Assembly: GCA_013239625.1 (NCBI GenBank)
Contig: MU055362.1
Location: 2,681,430 to 2,745,429, forward strand
Length of the DNA stretch: 64,000 bases
Reading direction: 5' to 3'
Origin: Lama guanicoe
Lineage: Eukaryota
Below are positions 25,051 to 38,470 of the stretch, piece by piece. Made by a program: the position numbers and the translations under genes. Under the pieces are notes generated by a model. The model saw only the letters and a list, made by a program, of their open reading frames with translations, did no database searches and had not been told where the DNA came from. How positions within the stretch are numbered: position 1 is the first letter of the stretch; each line of letters begins with the position of its first letter.

Positions 25051-28000
25051 TTTCTTAGAACTCCCACCACCTTCCTGCCATGTGGGCTGAACTTCCTCTT
25101 TCTTACTCCTCTTCCCCACTGTTAACATCCCCAGCTCTCATCGGTTCCTCAGAGAAGCCTTCCCTGAGCCCCCACACCAGAAAGACCCCTCGTTTAACAC
25201 ACTTGGCTAGCCCTGCCTCCTCCCTTGGACCCAGCACAGGGCCATTTTACATCATCTGTGTGATTCATTAATGGCTATCTGGCCCCCTAGTCTCTAGAAG
25301 GGGCAGGCCTGTGATGGAGTCTGCTTACCCTTACCCCTGGCACCTGGTTAAAAAGGCAGCCCAGAGGAGGTGCACACCTGCGATGGGAGTGGAGGAGCAC
25401 GGGGCTCAGCAGCTGGGTCCCCGCAGTCAGCTGCCAAGGATCTCAGAGCAGGAGCGCCGAGCCTGCCTTCCTCGGGCTTCAGGTTCCCATCTTTAAAATG
25501 GGCGCAGTAACAGTGCCCACCTCGCTGCATTGTTGGGAGGTCTGAGGGATGTTCTGCATGGAAGGAATTTTCAAAAGCTCCTGACACGTAGTTTGCACTC
25601 AGTAGTGATAGTCAGACGTTTTGCAGGGAGAGGAGCTGCCAAGGAATATGACAGTTCAGGGGTTCCAAGTTGAACTTCTCACTCTTCTTCCAAATGGTGG
25701 GTCTGAGGGTTAGTTCCCGTACACCCCAACTCCCCTCCCCAGATAACAAGCCCCCTTTTGTTGGCCCAGCAGTGCTGGAGAATTAACCGAGCAGAGATAA
25801 ATCACTGGTGCGAGTCTGGTTCCAGTCCAGTGTTGGGACGTCATTGGCTGCTGACAGCGCTACGCTCTCCTCAAGTCCTCTTCCCCGGGACTCAGGCTGG
25901 ATTTATTTGGTGCAGATGTTTCTGTAGTGGACGCTGAATAATGGCCCTGTGGGGCCCATTGGAAGGTAGAGCCGACGGGTGGGCGGGCGAAGTGCAGCTG
26001 TGGCCGTGGCTTTCCCACCATCCTGACATCAAGAAAGCCCCCCGGGCTCTGGAGCCCCTCAGTGTTCCCGAGCAGTCCCCGTGGGGTGTGCGCTGCTCCC
26101 CACCAGGACTTGGCTTAGAGTGAGAACAAGTTGGGACAGGCTCTTGAGGGAGATGGTTTGTCTAGGGTCCATGCCCAACTGAAGGAGCCCTGGAGACAAG
26201 TGCAGGGTAGCACTGGGCTCTGTGGAATTGGGGGACGTGCTGGGTCAGGCCTGGGTGGGGTCTGGGCTCAGGGCACAACTCCAGGCATTGTAGTCCCCGT
26301 GAATGGTGCCCCCTTGGGGTTGTGCAGTGTGCAACCTGCGTAGCTGTACACGGCTGCCCTGTCCAAGGTACTGGTTTGTAGATTAGTGATTCAAGGCAAG
26401 TGCTCAGACCCTGGGGAGCATTGAGGAAAGCAGTAAGGAGTGGAGGGAAAAGCTGGCCATCTGTGGGCAGAGCAGATGGCTCAGAGCCAGCTCTGGCATG
26501 AAAGCTCAAGATCTCGGGTAAAGCCCCCTCAGAGCCTCTGTCGTTTCATCTGTAACACGGGGATCATCTGACATGCCCACTCACTGCGCAGGGTTATTAG
26601 GATTATGTGAGCCGGGGCATGTGGAATCTGTATAAGCTGATGAGTAGGATGGGCAAGTTGTTGCTTAGTTATTGTGGGCCAAGTGTGAGTCACAGGTCTT
26701 CCCCATTATGGTGGTCCCTGGGAGAGGCACATGAGATTTCGATTTTCTGGGCCTCCCTGGGGACTGGATCCAGCAAGGCAGACCCAGAGCTCTGTGTGGG
26801 TGGATGCTGGGGGGTTGAGGGGGAGCCCCAAAGGAGCTGTGCAGAGCAGAGCCTTCCACTCAGCCTCCTGTTCCTGGGGTCTGTGAGCTGAGGGTGGCCA
26901 GGGGAAAGCTGACTGAGCGGGCTCTGAGTGGCCGGGGCTCGGAGTCCCATCTGGCAGGTGTTCCTGAGGCCCAGGCAGTGCTCTGCTCAGTGTCCCCACG
27001 CGGTGTCAACGCATGCTGACAGTAGACTGCAGTCCTGGGTGTTCCGGGGCAGGTGTGGTCCTGTCTCCTGTGGTCTCGGGTGGAGGTTAAGAGGGGGTGC
27101 TCTGGAGCGAGGTTTGAATCCCTATCCCTCTCTTACAGCTCTGTGGCCTTGGGCGAATTGCTTTACTTCCCTGGGCCTCAGTTTCTCCACCCGGAAAGTG
27201 GGGCCTCAGTTTCTCTGCTCTCCTGGAGTGGCTGGGAGAATTCAGTGAGCTCAGAGCTCCACGCAGACCAAGCACTCAGGGGAGGCAAGGAACAAAAAGT
27301 GCCAACGGAAGTGACCTGCCTGGGGACAGGCGCCATGGTTTAGTTGAGCCAGGGCCCTGTTACCCATGGGGGTCACCATTCCTGAGCGCGGAGAACTGTG
27401 CATGTTTGGGTAGCGAGTTGGGGGTGGTGTGTGTGTGTGGGGCGTGCTCTTGCTCTTCACGTCCCGGGTAGGAGTTGAGGTGACCTCCCATTGCTCATTG
27501 CTTCAGGATATTTTTTGGAGGGAAAAATAACAGCAATGAAATTCCCTAGTAATGAAACCCAGTAAATCTCAAAGATTCACATACATGAGGTGGTCCTGGA
27601 TCACTGATCTGCCTTCCCAGACCCCGGGACAGACTCACGCAAAGGAAGTCCCAGATATACGGGTCACACCCCCCCCCCGCGCCCAATGTCTCCAGCTGCA
27701 TTCCTGGTGGTCCCACTTCTTCCTTCTGAATTCTCAAGGCAGCCCCATGGAGGGAAAATGTGGCATTTCTCTGCACTGTCACCAGGTTATTTGGAGAAAC
27801 TGCAGGGCAGTGATCACTCTGAGTCACTTCTGTCTCCCAAGATGAATCCTGTGGCTCAAGGTTGCACCTGACAGATGAGAGTCGGGGTAGTCATCCGTCA
27901 GTGTTCTGGAACCTTCCCCTGCTGCCCAGGGCGGTTCATTCATGCGGGCTGTGTCCTGGCCAGGAGGCACCTTTCTCAGTGGGTATCTCAACTGCAAGTA

Positions 28001-29029
28001 CCTAGAAGCTCATGGAAAAGGGTCAGGCACAGGGCGAGCTGGGCTTCTAGGTGGGGACGGAGACTAGGGGCCCAGCACTTGGAGGCTTGTATCTGAGGCT
28101 CTCCCTCCTGAGATCAAAGGGCCTGAGTATATTATTTTAGTGAATAATAAGGACCCAAAGAAAGATCACTTATTTAGCATTTGCTGTGTCAGACACCGAG
28201 CTCGAGGTCCCTCATACACGCGACCTGGTTGTTCCAGGGCCCCACGTGGCCCGGTCTCTCTCTGCCGGGCGCCGCTTTCAAAGAATGTAGTGTGGTCCCT
28301 GGAGGTGATTAGAGGTGGTTCAGACTCAGTCTCTTGAGGGCTATCAAAGGCAGGAAAGAAGATTCCTGGTGCGGTGTGGGAATTCCAGCTCGCCCTCACA
28401 CTCCGTTCTCCACACCAGACTCTCCCCGAAAGCCCGCACCCACCGCTGCTGCTTCCCCTCCGCCCTCCTACTTAGATAAGATGCGCATTCCCTTCCTACT
28501 GCTGTGTCTGTTTCAATATAGGGCGCTGGTTAGGCGTCACAAAAACCCCATGAACCGAGCTGGCGAAGAGAGAATTCTTTGGGGGAATAGGATGTGGAGA
28601 GTGAGGACTGCCAATACGTAGCACTGAATATCTTTTTATTTTCATGTATGTTATTCCTAATAATCCTCATATCACAACTCGGTGTGGGCAACATCAGTAT
28701 CCCCATTTCACGGATGAGGAAACTGAGGCACAAGGAGGCTAGGGAATCAGACACAGCTGTTTCTGAGTCCAGAGCCCAGGCGCCAGGTGGGACAAAGGGA
28801 CAGCTTTGTCTAAGAGAGTGTGCTTGGCATATCCCCCTTCTGCTGCCTTTTTTCTTTCAAAGGCCTCCTCTTCCAAGAAGTTTCCAGCCTTCAGATTTGC
28901 AGGGCTGTCCTGTTCACGAAGACTCTCGTTTACTCCTCACTGATTTGCACTCTGTCGCACGCTGCTCAGGTCAAGGGGGCAGCAGTAAGTGAGGGAGCAG
29001 GGTGTTCCTGGGTTCCCAGGCCTGCATGC

Positions 29030-29484
29030 TGTTGATCAGCTCTGGCTACCACAGCCGAACACGGCAGACCGGGGGCTTCAACACCAGAGGTTCATTTTCT
29101 CACAGTTCTGGAGGCTGGAAATTGAGATGGAGGTGCCGCCAGGGTTGTTTTCTGGTGAGACCTCTCCCCGTGGCTTGCAGACTGCTGCCTTCTCCCTGTG
29201 TCCTCACATGGACTTGCAGAGAGAGGGAGGGAGAGGGAGAGAGAGGAGGGGAGGAGAGGAGAGAGCGGGAGGGATGGAGAGGGAGGGAGTAAAGAGAGAG
29301 AGCACACCGGTGTCTCTTCCTCTTCTTATAAGGACGCTAGTCCTAGTAGATTAGGGCCCCACCCACGTGATCTCATTTAACTCCAATTATCTCCTTAAAG
29401 ACTCTGTCCGGATACAGTCACATGGAGGGTTAGGGCTTTGACATGTGCTTTTGGGGTTGGGGGGCACATAATTGAGTCCATAAC
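29030..29484 (-). mobile_element. MLT1 LTR containing an expanded GA-rich tract (29217-29300)
   Basis: 'ttttctcacagttctggaggctggaa', 'gtgtcctcacatgg', 'tcttataaggac', 'attagggcccac', ends 'gtccataaca'. Confidence 0.85.
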
Positions 29485-30659
29485 ATCTGCTCAGCCAAGG
29501 GTGGTGGGGCCTAAAGCAATTGTGATGGGACAGGGCAAAAAGGAAGCAGGAGAACCTTCCAGACTATCAGAAAAAGAGAAATGTGGGGCAGGAGGTGCTC
29601 AGCTGGCTCAGGAAGCCGTTCCTGTGCTGCGGCTCTCGGACCCTGACCAAGGGCGTGGCCTTGTGCCTGTGACTCACTGCCTCTGAGCTTCTATTTCCTG
29701 TCTGGAGAATGGGAATACTAGTAGTATCTGCTTCACCAAGTGGCTCTGAGGATAAATTAGGGATTTAATCTAAAGGGATCAGCCCTGTCCCTGGCACACT
29801 GTGAGACAGGAGAGTGGCAGCGATGGAGTAGATGCCCATCAGTTCCTGTGTGAGGTTTGGTTGGGCTGCGTGCGTCCCTCACTCCAGAGGGGTTGATCTG
29901 AGAGATGGGTTAGAGCAGAGCTGCTGTGCCAGAACAGGTGCGGGGCTGGGCCTGAGGCAGATCAGGAGGACAGATGTGACTTGTCCTAGGGCCCCTCAGG
30001 GTTGAGGAGGGGCAGGGCCTGGCAGGCAGACGCGGCAAGCATGCAGTGAGCTGTTTGGTTACTGACCAGGACAAATGCTGGAGACAGGAACAAGCCTGCA
30101 CTGGGGCGTCAGAGGCCAGAGTCAGGAGCCTGGCGGCCCAGTCCTCAAGTCCTTCACGGGATGTGTCTCACCTTCCAGCTCAGCGTCCCTTCCCTTCCCT
30201 TCCTGACAAGCGAGGCACGATTCTGGAGCGTGGTGCTACCAAATGTAGTTGGTGGCATTTGTGGGCCAGCCTTTGTTTCATCCAATAAGATTAAAACTTT
30301 TTTTTTTTTTTGGCAAAGCGCAGTTTCTTCTGTGTGATTTATTGCAATCAGGGTTGTTTTCAAGGATGAGTGCTCAGAGGCGGGAGCATCAGAGTGTTCT
30401 ATCACTCAGAACAATGCATGCTTCCTCCTCATGGTGGCCGGTCCTGACCTGAAAGCCAGTGGTGGTGACCGAATCTGAAAGGCAGAGAGGACACTGAGGT
30501 CAAGGGTCAAGGAGCTGTAGCTCCCACATCAGGTGGCGTTCCTCACCTGGAGTGGCCCATATTCAGTTCTGGATCCTATTTTAAAGGATCCAGGCACTAG
30601 CCTGGGATGGGTGAGTGTCCACCTGAAAAGTCCCGTAGGAAGATTTCCGTGAACCTTCG

Positions 30660-30960
30660 TGGGAAATGATGCTGGCAGGTAGCCCCGGCTCGGGGTCTGC
30701 CTGGATATTATTATGGGCTGAATCAATTGCATCCCTTCCGAATCCTCGAGGCTCGGGGACAGACGACCACTTGTCACAGCCCCTCTACCTGCTCCCGGTG
30801 CACGGTAACACCCCGCGGCCACCTCCCGCCGTTCCGCCCAGCCCACACCTGGCCAGATAAGAGGCAGGCGTCGTGGTGCTTTCCATGGTGGGCGGGTTTC
30901 ATCGTGGGGAGAAAATAAACAAGCTCCTGCTTCCCCTTGTGCTGCCCGCGCGCGTGCACT
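30660..30960. promoter_or_regulatory. Small CpG-rich patch, candidate enhancer
   Basis: About 20 CpGs in 300 bp in a CpG-poor window; AGATAA at 30855-30860, FOX-like AAATAAACA at 30913-30921, CGCGCGCG run near 30947. Confidence 0.4.
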
Positions 30961-33900
30961 TGTTTCTATTTGGGATTGGGAGAAACTCAAAGTGAACTTT
31001 CGTAAAACCTCAGTGGAATTCCTTGGCAAAGCCTTATCTCGGGAAGGAGGAGGCAGCCCGAAGGCTAGCCATCAGTGGTGGGAGGGTGGGTTTTCCTGGG
31101 GTCTTGCTGGCTTGAAGCTTCATTCTTCTCTTTTGTGGGAGCCCCAAGCCTGCCTTTGTGCTTTGTGGGACCCTGTCTGAGGGGCTGAGAGCAGCTTTGT
31201 GCTTTGTCAGCTGCCGGGCTGACTCCCGCCAGCTGATGGTGATGGTACCACTGAGTGAGCTCTTCCTGTGGCCTGGTCAAGTGCTTGATACTTAGGAGCT
31301 CATTTCTCCCTCACAGCAGCCCTCTGTGGAAGGTACTGTTCCTTTCTGCAGGTTTCAGATGTGTCAGCTAAGACCCAGAGAGGTTGTTTAACTTGCCCAG
31401 GGTCACACAGCTAGAAATAGATAGAGTCAGGTTCACATCCACACTTTCCAACTTGAAGTGTGGCTGTGGGTCAGAGAGCTTCCTTGGCTGTAGCTAGCTT
31501 TAGTCTCTTGCTGCCCCTTTTCCTGTCCAAGTTCCCCCAAAGGTCCTCAGTGTCCTCTGGCCTCTAAACCACCACACACGTGCTTCCTCGGCCTGAAACG
31601 TCCTTCCACATGGCCAGCTCCCACTTATTCTCGGGACTTGGCTCAGTGACTACTTCCTCCAGGAAGCTCTCCCTGACCACCCCCAAAGTCCAGGCTGGAT
31701 ACCTCTCCGGGTGCTTCCTGGCACTCTGGGCTTCCCCCGAGCCGATGTTGATCACCCACTGTTGTAAATGGGGCTCCATGTCTTCATCTCCTCCACCAAT
31801 GCAAACGCCTTGAGGGTAGGGCCTGCTCACTAAATGTGTGATGAATAAATGATTGAATGTGAGCTCGAATTTCTTGTTGCAGTAGCTGGTCGGCAACATA
31901 GCCTGGTTGCTGGTTTCCATCCCTCTTTGCCTCCCTGTGTCTCAGTTTCTCATCTGGAAGATGGAGATACTCACAGCCCATCCCTGTAGGGTGGCCGTGA
32001 GTGTAAATGAGAGAACCCACGGGAAGCACTCCGAACAGCCCTGGCCACCTGTGAGCGGTCTTACTGGGCTGGGCACTGTCATCGGGGGCGGGGCAGGGAG
32101 GCTCTGCCCCGGGCTGGCCTAATTCTCCCTCAGGCACCGCTCCCTGGGGTGAATGACTCAGCATTTGGAAATCTGACATCTTATTTAAGGAGCCAGATCA
32201 TGCCCCCATCAAACTAAAGTTATTAGGTGCGGTTAAAGGCCAGCTAACGGGGTAGAGGTGGGGCGGACAGCAAGAAAATTTTCCAGTCAAAACCAAGAGA
32301 CCATATGCCATGGAGGACAGAAAATTAAATGTGTGTGTGTGAGCGCAGGGGGCCGAGGAGGGCCTGAGGCTGGAGATGCCGGAATTCGGGTATGAAATGA
32401 GCCTGGAGGTAGACCTGCCTTGTGGCCACAGGTCTATAGGTGCAATGGTGTACAGACCCTGAAGCCACCCAGAGACTGTCCCTTGGGGAGGACAAGGGTC
32501 TCCCAGCAGGGCTGTAACTCTGAGGGGAGAGTCCTTTTCTCCTGCACCTCTGTGCTGCCTCTTTCAGAGTTTTCCAAACTCCACTTTGCACAAACAAGTC
32601 CCACAAACAAGTGCCTCCGAGAAGAGGGTTCTCTGTCTCTCTCCAGAAAGGCTGGTGGTGGCTTCTTCTCAAGGGCTGTGAATCTCAAGGCCATCCCATC
32701 TGCTGGGTCATAGAACTGTTGCGTTTCAGATGCAGCTGATCTGGGGCCCTGGTTCTGCACATCTGGATTCTAACTGGGAGACATAGGCCAAAGCCAGATA
32801 TGGTTGTGCCCCAGCTTCCTGGAGAAACCTGGTGTTTTCTCAGGGACGAAGAGGGTTTCCTCCAGGGAAGTAAGGAGAGTTTGCTCACAGAAAGTGGGAA
32901 TAACTGAGTTACTCAGGAGACCAGTGGTACCTCTCACCTGCTGGGAGGAGATGGATTTCTTTACTGAAGAGAAGGAGGTGGGGGGTGGGGGGCTCCTGGT
33001 GATCTGATCGGAGGGCTCACAGAGCAAGGAAGGGGATCACCCAAGAAGCCGCTGGCGAGAGCCTGTTTGCCAGAGTATCTGCTGACCCGTGGCTGCTCTC
33101 CAGAAGTGAAACATTTTGCAGTTTTACTCATTTGGGTCCCGTCTACAGTTATGTTCTGAAAGATCATCAATTGTTGGAGCAAGTAAGACCCTGTGCTTTA
33201 AAAGGAAACTGGGCCTATAAAAGTAAGTGTGGTTGGTGACCCAGAAAAATCGGAAGTTTGTACAATTCCTGTGCACGTGTGGATTTCAGGCACTTCAGCT
33301 CTTATTGGCATCGAGCAGCAGGCTGGGGAGACCCGGGGTTCGGGGGTGGTGTCAGCCCCATGAGGTGCAGGCCTTGGCTGCACCCATTATTAGCTTGGCG
33401 TGACCTCGGGCAAGCCACCTGGCCTCCTGAGCCTGGGGAGGACAGGCTCTGAGAAGCCAGGATAATAATAGTGCAGCCATCTCGTCTTGCAGCTCAGGGG
33501 CTATTTGGATTTGAGGTCATTAGGCAGCAGGAAATTAAAAAAATATATCTGCATGAGGGATATTTTCCATTTGGCCCAAGAAGGAAAAATGAGATTTGGG
33601 CACTGTGTGCCTGGTGCTGAGAGGGGCACAGGGGAGAGAGGACCCCGTCCATCTTCCTGTCCCCTCATCTCCAAGGATTGGCTTTGAGTCCCTCTAGAAG
33701 CAGAAGACAAAAGTGGCTGCTTTGGGGGAAACTTTGCAAGATGTGGGGCTCAAGTGCTGCTGCTTGGGGCCCTGGGGACAACATGGGACCCTGACTTGAG
33801 GGCCCTTGTGTCATTTGAACCTGGATACCACCAGGACGGAGGAAACACAGCTAGCTGGCACCTGGAGGGTTTTGTGCTCTGGGAGATGGTGTCTGAACAC

Positions 33901-34939
33901 CAGTGCAAGGGGCAGGGTGAGAGGTGTCCCCTGAGTGGCTGGTAGGCAGCTCTACTCTAGCCTTGGAGTAGAGAAGGCTGGGCAGAGATTGTGCCTGAGC
34001 CCATGGGGGCCCTGGGAACACCCGGGCGAGTTTCAAAGAGGGTGAGACCCTGACAGTGGTGGCATCGAGCTGGTGAGATGCAGGCTCAGTGGTCACGGAG
34101 CCCACAGATGGTACCACCTGCAGGGGTGGCCGAGAACGCTGAGTCACTCTAATACCTGCCTCCTAAGGCTACGGGTCAAATGAGAGCACCGGGAAGGATA
34201 GTGACAATTCAAAGTGCACCCGACCCAGCTGTCTCTCCATCACTCTGAGCCTCACTTTTCAAACTTGTGGTATGAGGGCGATGAGGACGAGCTCCTTCCC
34301 CCAGGTTGTTACAAGGATGGAGTGACGTGAATACTATCTCTTCTTAGGACGGAACGACATGCGAAAAGTCATGCAGCAGAGACCGGTGTCAGTTTCTGTT
34401 TGTGTTGTAACCAGCACCGTACACCTGCATGGTGGACGCTCAGCAGATGCGGGTGAAGGAATGAGCGAGTGCTGCTCCCAAATTCCACTGCGTCTCGTTA
34501 GAGCCCAGAGTGCTATTTGGAGAAGTCCTGTTATGAACACACTCCCACAGAAATAGAAGCAGGACCTGAGCTCTCAGCAATGAAGGCAGCTGGCCGCCCC
34601 TGAGGGCTTGCCTGGCAAGCTATTGTGTGTTGCTTTCTTTAATCCTCACAATGATCCTTTCAGTGGGTCCTATGACTAGAACCCAAGGCCTGTTGCATAG
34701 AAATCCCATTATGAAGCAGAGGGAACTGAGTCTTGGAGAGGCCAGGTGATTTGCCCAAGGTCCTAAGGAGGAAAGAGGCAAAGCCAGGATTGGGAGCAGG
34801 TGGCTTACTCCAGAGCCCAGACTCTCCAGCCCTTCATTTTGCAGTTGATGACAGCACAGAGCTTGGTCCCAGGTACCCAGTGGGCAGACCACCCCTCAAC
34901 TCCATCTCTGGTTAACCAACCCAGGCCCCCACCACACCG

Positions 34940-35950
34940 CACTGCTAATGAGCAGTTTCTACGCGGTGGCAGCCAGGAAACACAAGACCCCAGGCTTCCT
35001 CTAGGAATTACATTAGAGGCTTAAGAGGCAGAGAGTGTTTCAGAATAGCTATTGGAGCCAACAATTATTATTTTTTTGTTACAGTGGGTAAAATTTCCCC
35101 CTCCGTTCTTACTCCCCTGCTAAAAGACTCAATTGAATAAGTAAGAGAAGCAGAAGCATGTGTTATTGGAAAACTGTTTAGTGCAATTACCACTGCAGAC
35201 TTTACTGAATTTGAAAATGATAGATGGCAAATCTTAATTTCCCAAGCTCTCCATCCCGGCAAGCAGTTTGTTAAAGACTAGCAGTGCGGCTAATCTCCGC
35301 NNNNNNNNNNNNNNNNNNNNNNNNNNNNNNNNNNNNNNNNNNNNNNNNNNNNNNNNNNNNNNNNNNNNNNNNNNNNNNNNNNNNNNNNNNNNNNNNNNNN
35401 NNNNNNNNNNNNNNNNNNNNNNNNNNNNNNNNNNNNNNNNNNNNNNNNNNNNNNNNNNNNNNNNNNNNNNNNNNNNNNNNAAACCAGACCCGAAAGCTCT
35501 GTTTACGGCCTTTGGAGAATAAACACTTTGCATTTATTTCTCTGGAAAGAAAAAAAAAAACCACATCAGAAATCATCGAACAATTAAGTAAGGTTTGAAA
35601 ACAAAGTGGTAATAGCCCAGAAGAGAGAGCTATGTCATTCATCAAAAATCAATAACTGTCACGCAGTTGGTATACCAGGGCATTCAAGCAGGGGACTGAT
35701 GGAAGTGGTCAAATATTTCCCCTGGGAAGAACAAGTAAGGGACAAGCGGATGTGTGACTGTGCCGAGTACGGAATTACTTTAAGTGTGCTAATGGGCTTT
35801 ATCCAAGCTATTATACCCTTGAAAAATATTTTGTGTAAATTGCACTGAGTGTCTGATTAGGCCTTTTTATCCCCTGTATTTGGATATTCATTTGTGAATC
35901 CCAACCAGCTGAGATGATTCCATAATATGGTTTTTCTGATCTCCCTCCTG
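34940..35950. promoter_or_regulatory. Candidate conserved non-coding element
   Basis: About 1 kb without recognisable repeats, dense in TAAT/ATTA/TGATTA motifs, CpGs retained; contains a 180-N run. Confidence 0.4.
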
Positions 35951-36019
35951 TCGTTAATAAGGACCCTCCCTGGAAGCAGTTCAGGGATCCTGGCTCCAGC
36001 ATTTTAAAATTCTGCTTGA

Positions 36020-36193
36020 GTAGCTTCACCATATTTATCAAATAGAAATACAGGATGCCCAATTCAATTTGAATAATTTTTTAAAGCATAAGTATATCCC
36101 AACTATTGCATGGGATATACTTATGCTGAAATTATTCATTGCTTATCTGAAATGCAAATTTAACTGGGTTTCCTGTATGAAATCTGTTGTCCT
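36020..36193. mobile_element. MER53 palindromic hAT MITE
   Basis: Inverted arms 'aaatacaggatgcccaattcaatttg' / 'caaatttaactgggtttcctgtat'; central 'agcataagtatatccca...tgggatatacttatgct'. Confidence 0.85.
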
Positions 36194-37094
36194 GGGTCTC
36201 AGGGGTCCAACAGAGTGAGGAGGTAATTCTCTGCCCTGCCCTGCCCTGCCAGCCTCAGGCCTGTGCTTCCTTTAACAGGAGAATGAGAAGTGTATGGACA
36301 GGATGTGTGTGTGCGTGACTAATCTTGTTAAGTCACAGTGTAATTGTGGCTCTTATTTGCCAGAGGCACCAATCAAAGTCAAGTACAAAAAGTCACCCAC
36401 TTGGAAATGACCAAACACCCACTTACAACAGTCACTACATAGGGGGAATGCTTCTGGAGGTTTTCCCATTGAAAGAGGGTTGCTGGACTTCCTTTTCTGG
36501 GCTGGGAGTTAACTGTCCCCAGTTTTTGGAGCTAGTCCCCAGTCATTTTCCGGAGCTGGGCCAGAAGAAGGACCTGAGGCTTATATGTGGGGTGTGATGT
36601 TCAATTCAGGGCTGAAAGGGTGGGTTTCTGTGAACTGTGGCCCTGGCCAAGGGCAGCTTCATTGTTGTAACTTCTATCCATGCAATACAATTTGCAGAAA
36701 TCTGGTAATTGGCAGACGATGCATTCACTAGACTACTGTATTGGATTCAGGTTGATGGAGCTAAGTCAAACCCAACACACACATTCAGTTCAACAAGTGG
36801 AAATTCAGTATCTGCTGCCCTGGCTCATGCACCCTAGGGGGCCCAAAGCCAGATGATGGTCAGCCACCCAGGGATGCCTTGGCCAGCAGGGAGAGAGTCA
36901 AGCATAGATGTCACTTGAGAATCAGCAGACGGGCCAAGTTCCAGAGCAGATGCAGAAATACAGTGCCATGAGAACGTGCAGGAGGAAGAGATGGAGTTCA
37001 CCTGGGGAGTCTCCGAAGCCTTCTTGGAGGAGAGGGATTCACAGCTGATCTTTTAGGTGGCTGTGTATTAGATTAGTTAGCAATAAAAAGTATA

Positions 37095-37260
37095 TCTCTT
37101 ACAAGGACATTCTCATTGGATTTGGGGGCTACCCCAATTCAGTATGACCTCATCTCAATTCTTACCTTCATTACATCTGCAAAGACCCTATTTCTAGATA
37201 AGATCACATTCTGAGTTTCCATGTAGACATGAATTTTTGGAGACTGTTCAACCCACTACA
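37095..37260 (-). mobile_element. MLT1 LTR fragment
   Basis: 'tatgacctcatct...ttacatctgcaaagaccctattt...ttcaacccactaca'. Confidence 0.75.
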
Positions 37261-38189
37261 GTTGTCAATGATAAAATCTTAACAGATTTCGAAAAAGGTA
37301 GAGATTTCTGCCTTCCCTTGAACAATCAGATCTGGCAGTGGGCCGGGTGGGAGGGGCAGCTGGCCTTTTCCCAGGCACCTGGTGCTCCACTCAGTTCTTC
37401 ACCTGCCCAAGCCCTGCTTTAGTTTAGGAAGAGCCATCACAGGGCCTCTGTAAGGCCGGAACCTGCTTCCTGCTCTCCCATCTCCTTCCCAATGTCTCCT
37501 TCCCAAAACACATTTATTCTCTGCATGAGCTACTGGTTAATGGTTTTTATCTCCAAGGTCAGAAATATTTGATTCCAACTAGGGACACCAAATTGAAACC
37601 CATACAGTGTCAAAAATGCAGGACAGGTGATAATTGAGAGCCCTGTGACATAGGACAGGGAGAGAGGGTGTAGGCTCCCAAGCCAGGCAAGCCGTGCAGC
37701 TCCTGCTCTTTTCCCTGTGTGGTCTTGGGTAAGTAACTCAGTCTTAGCTAGCCTCAGTTTCAAACCTATGAAATGGGTATGATAACAGTTCCTTTCAATG
37801 TTGTGAGACCTTGAAAGACTATGCATAAAGTGCCAAGCACAGTCCTGGCATGTAATAGAGGCTTAATAAATGTCTGGTGAGTAAATGATGAATGAGCTAG
37901 TTGTCTGAATTTTGAGTCACTTCCAGCTAAAACAGGATAAATGGTTCAGGTGCAAATAATAGTGTCCACGCCACACTGATGAAATCAGAAAGGATGATAA
38001 AATGTTCCAAGAAACATTCTTGTTGGCCCTGCAATGCAATAAACTATGTCCTTTTTTCAGTCAAAAGGAAATTCACTCCAAGATCAATAAATAGTAATTC
38101 CAGAAATAGCAATAATGATAAACGTCAATGGTTACCCTCAAAGATGTGACGTTTGCATAATTAGAGAGCAAAGTGAGAGATTTTTCGAG

Positions 38190-38470
38190 CATCTAGGATA
38201 GTATTTCCAATTGTGTGTGTTCTAAAGGAAGTTAACAGGTGTTCTGTGAAAAAAGGGTTCCTGGTTAAACAACGTGGGAAAATCTTCAAGTATCAAAGTC
38301 GTCTTTACTGCAGGAATTTCAGAGCCTTTAATAAGTTAATATGGAGTATGAATTTCCTAAATGAGGATACAGCATGAAATATTTCCCAAATATATTTGGG
38401 CAGAGGAAAACTGCCTCCCCCAACCCCTCTTTTGGGGCTAGCACTGCATGGAGCACAGCACTGGGAAGGC
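38190..38470. mobile_element. MER103-like hAT element
   Basis: 'ctttactgcagga.tttcagagcctttaat', 'tatttcccaaa.atattt'. Confidence 0.6.

Noticed and set aside
30525-30541. Second CTCF-like motif (ACATCAGGTGGCG)
   Set aside because: Mismatches at core positions make it too weak to call without a PWM scan.
17904-31029. Several 130-180 aa ORFs (17904-18437, 19765-20307, 30529-31029)
   Set aside because: They overlap old repeats or GC-rich DNA, mostly have non-ATG starts, and show no domain similarity or exon structure.
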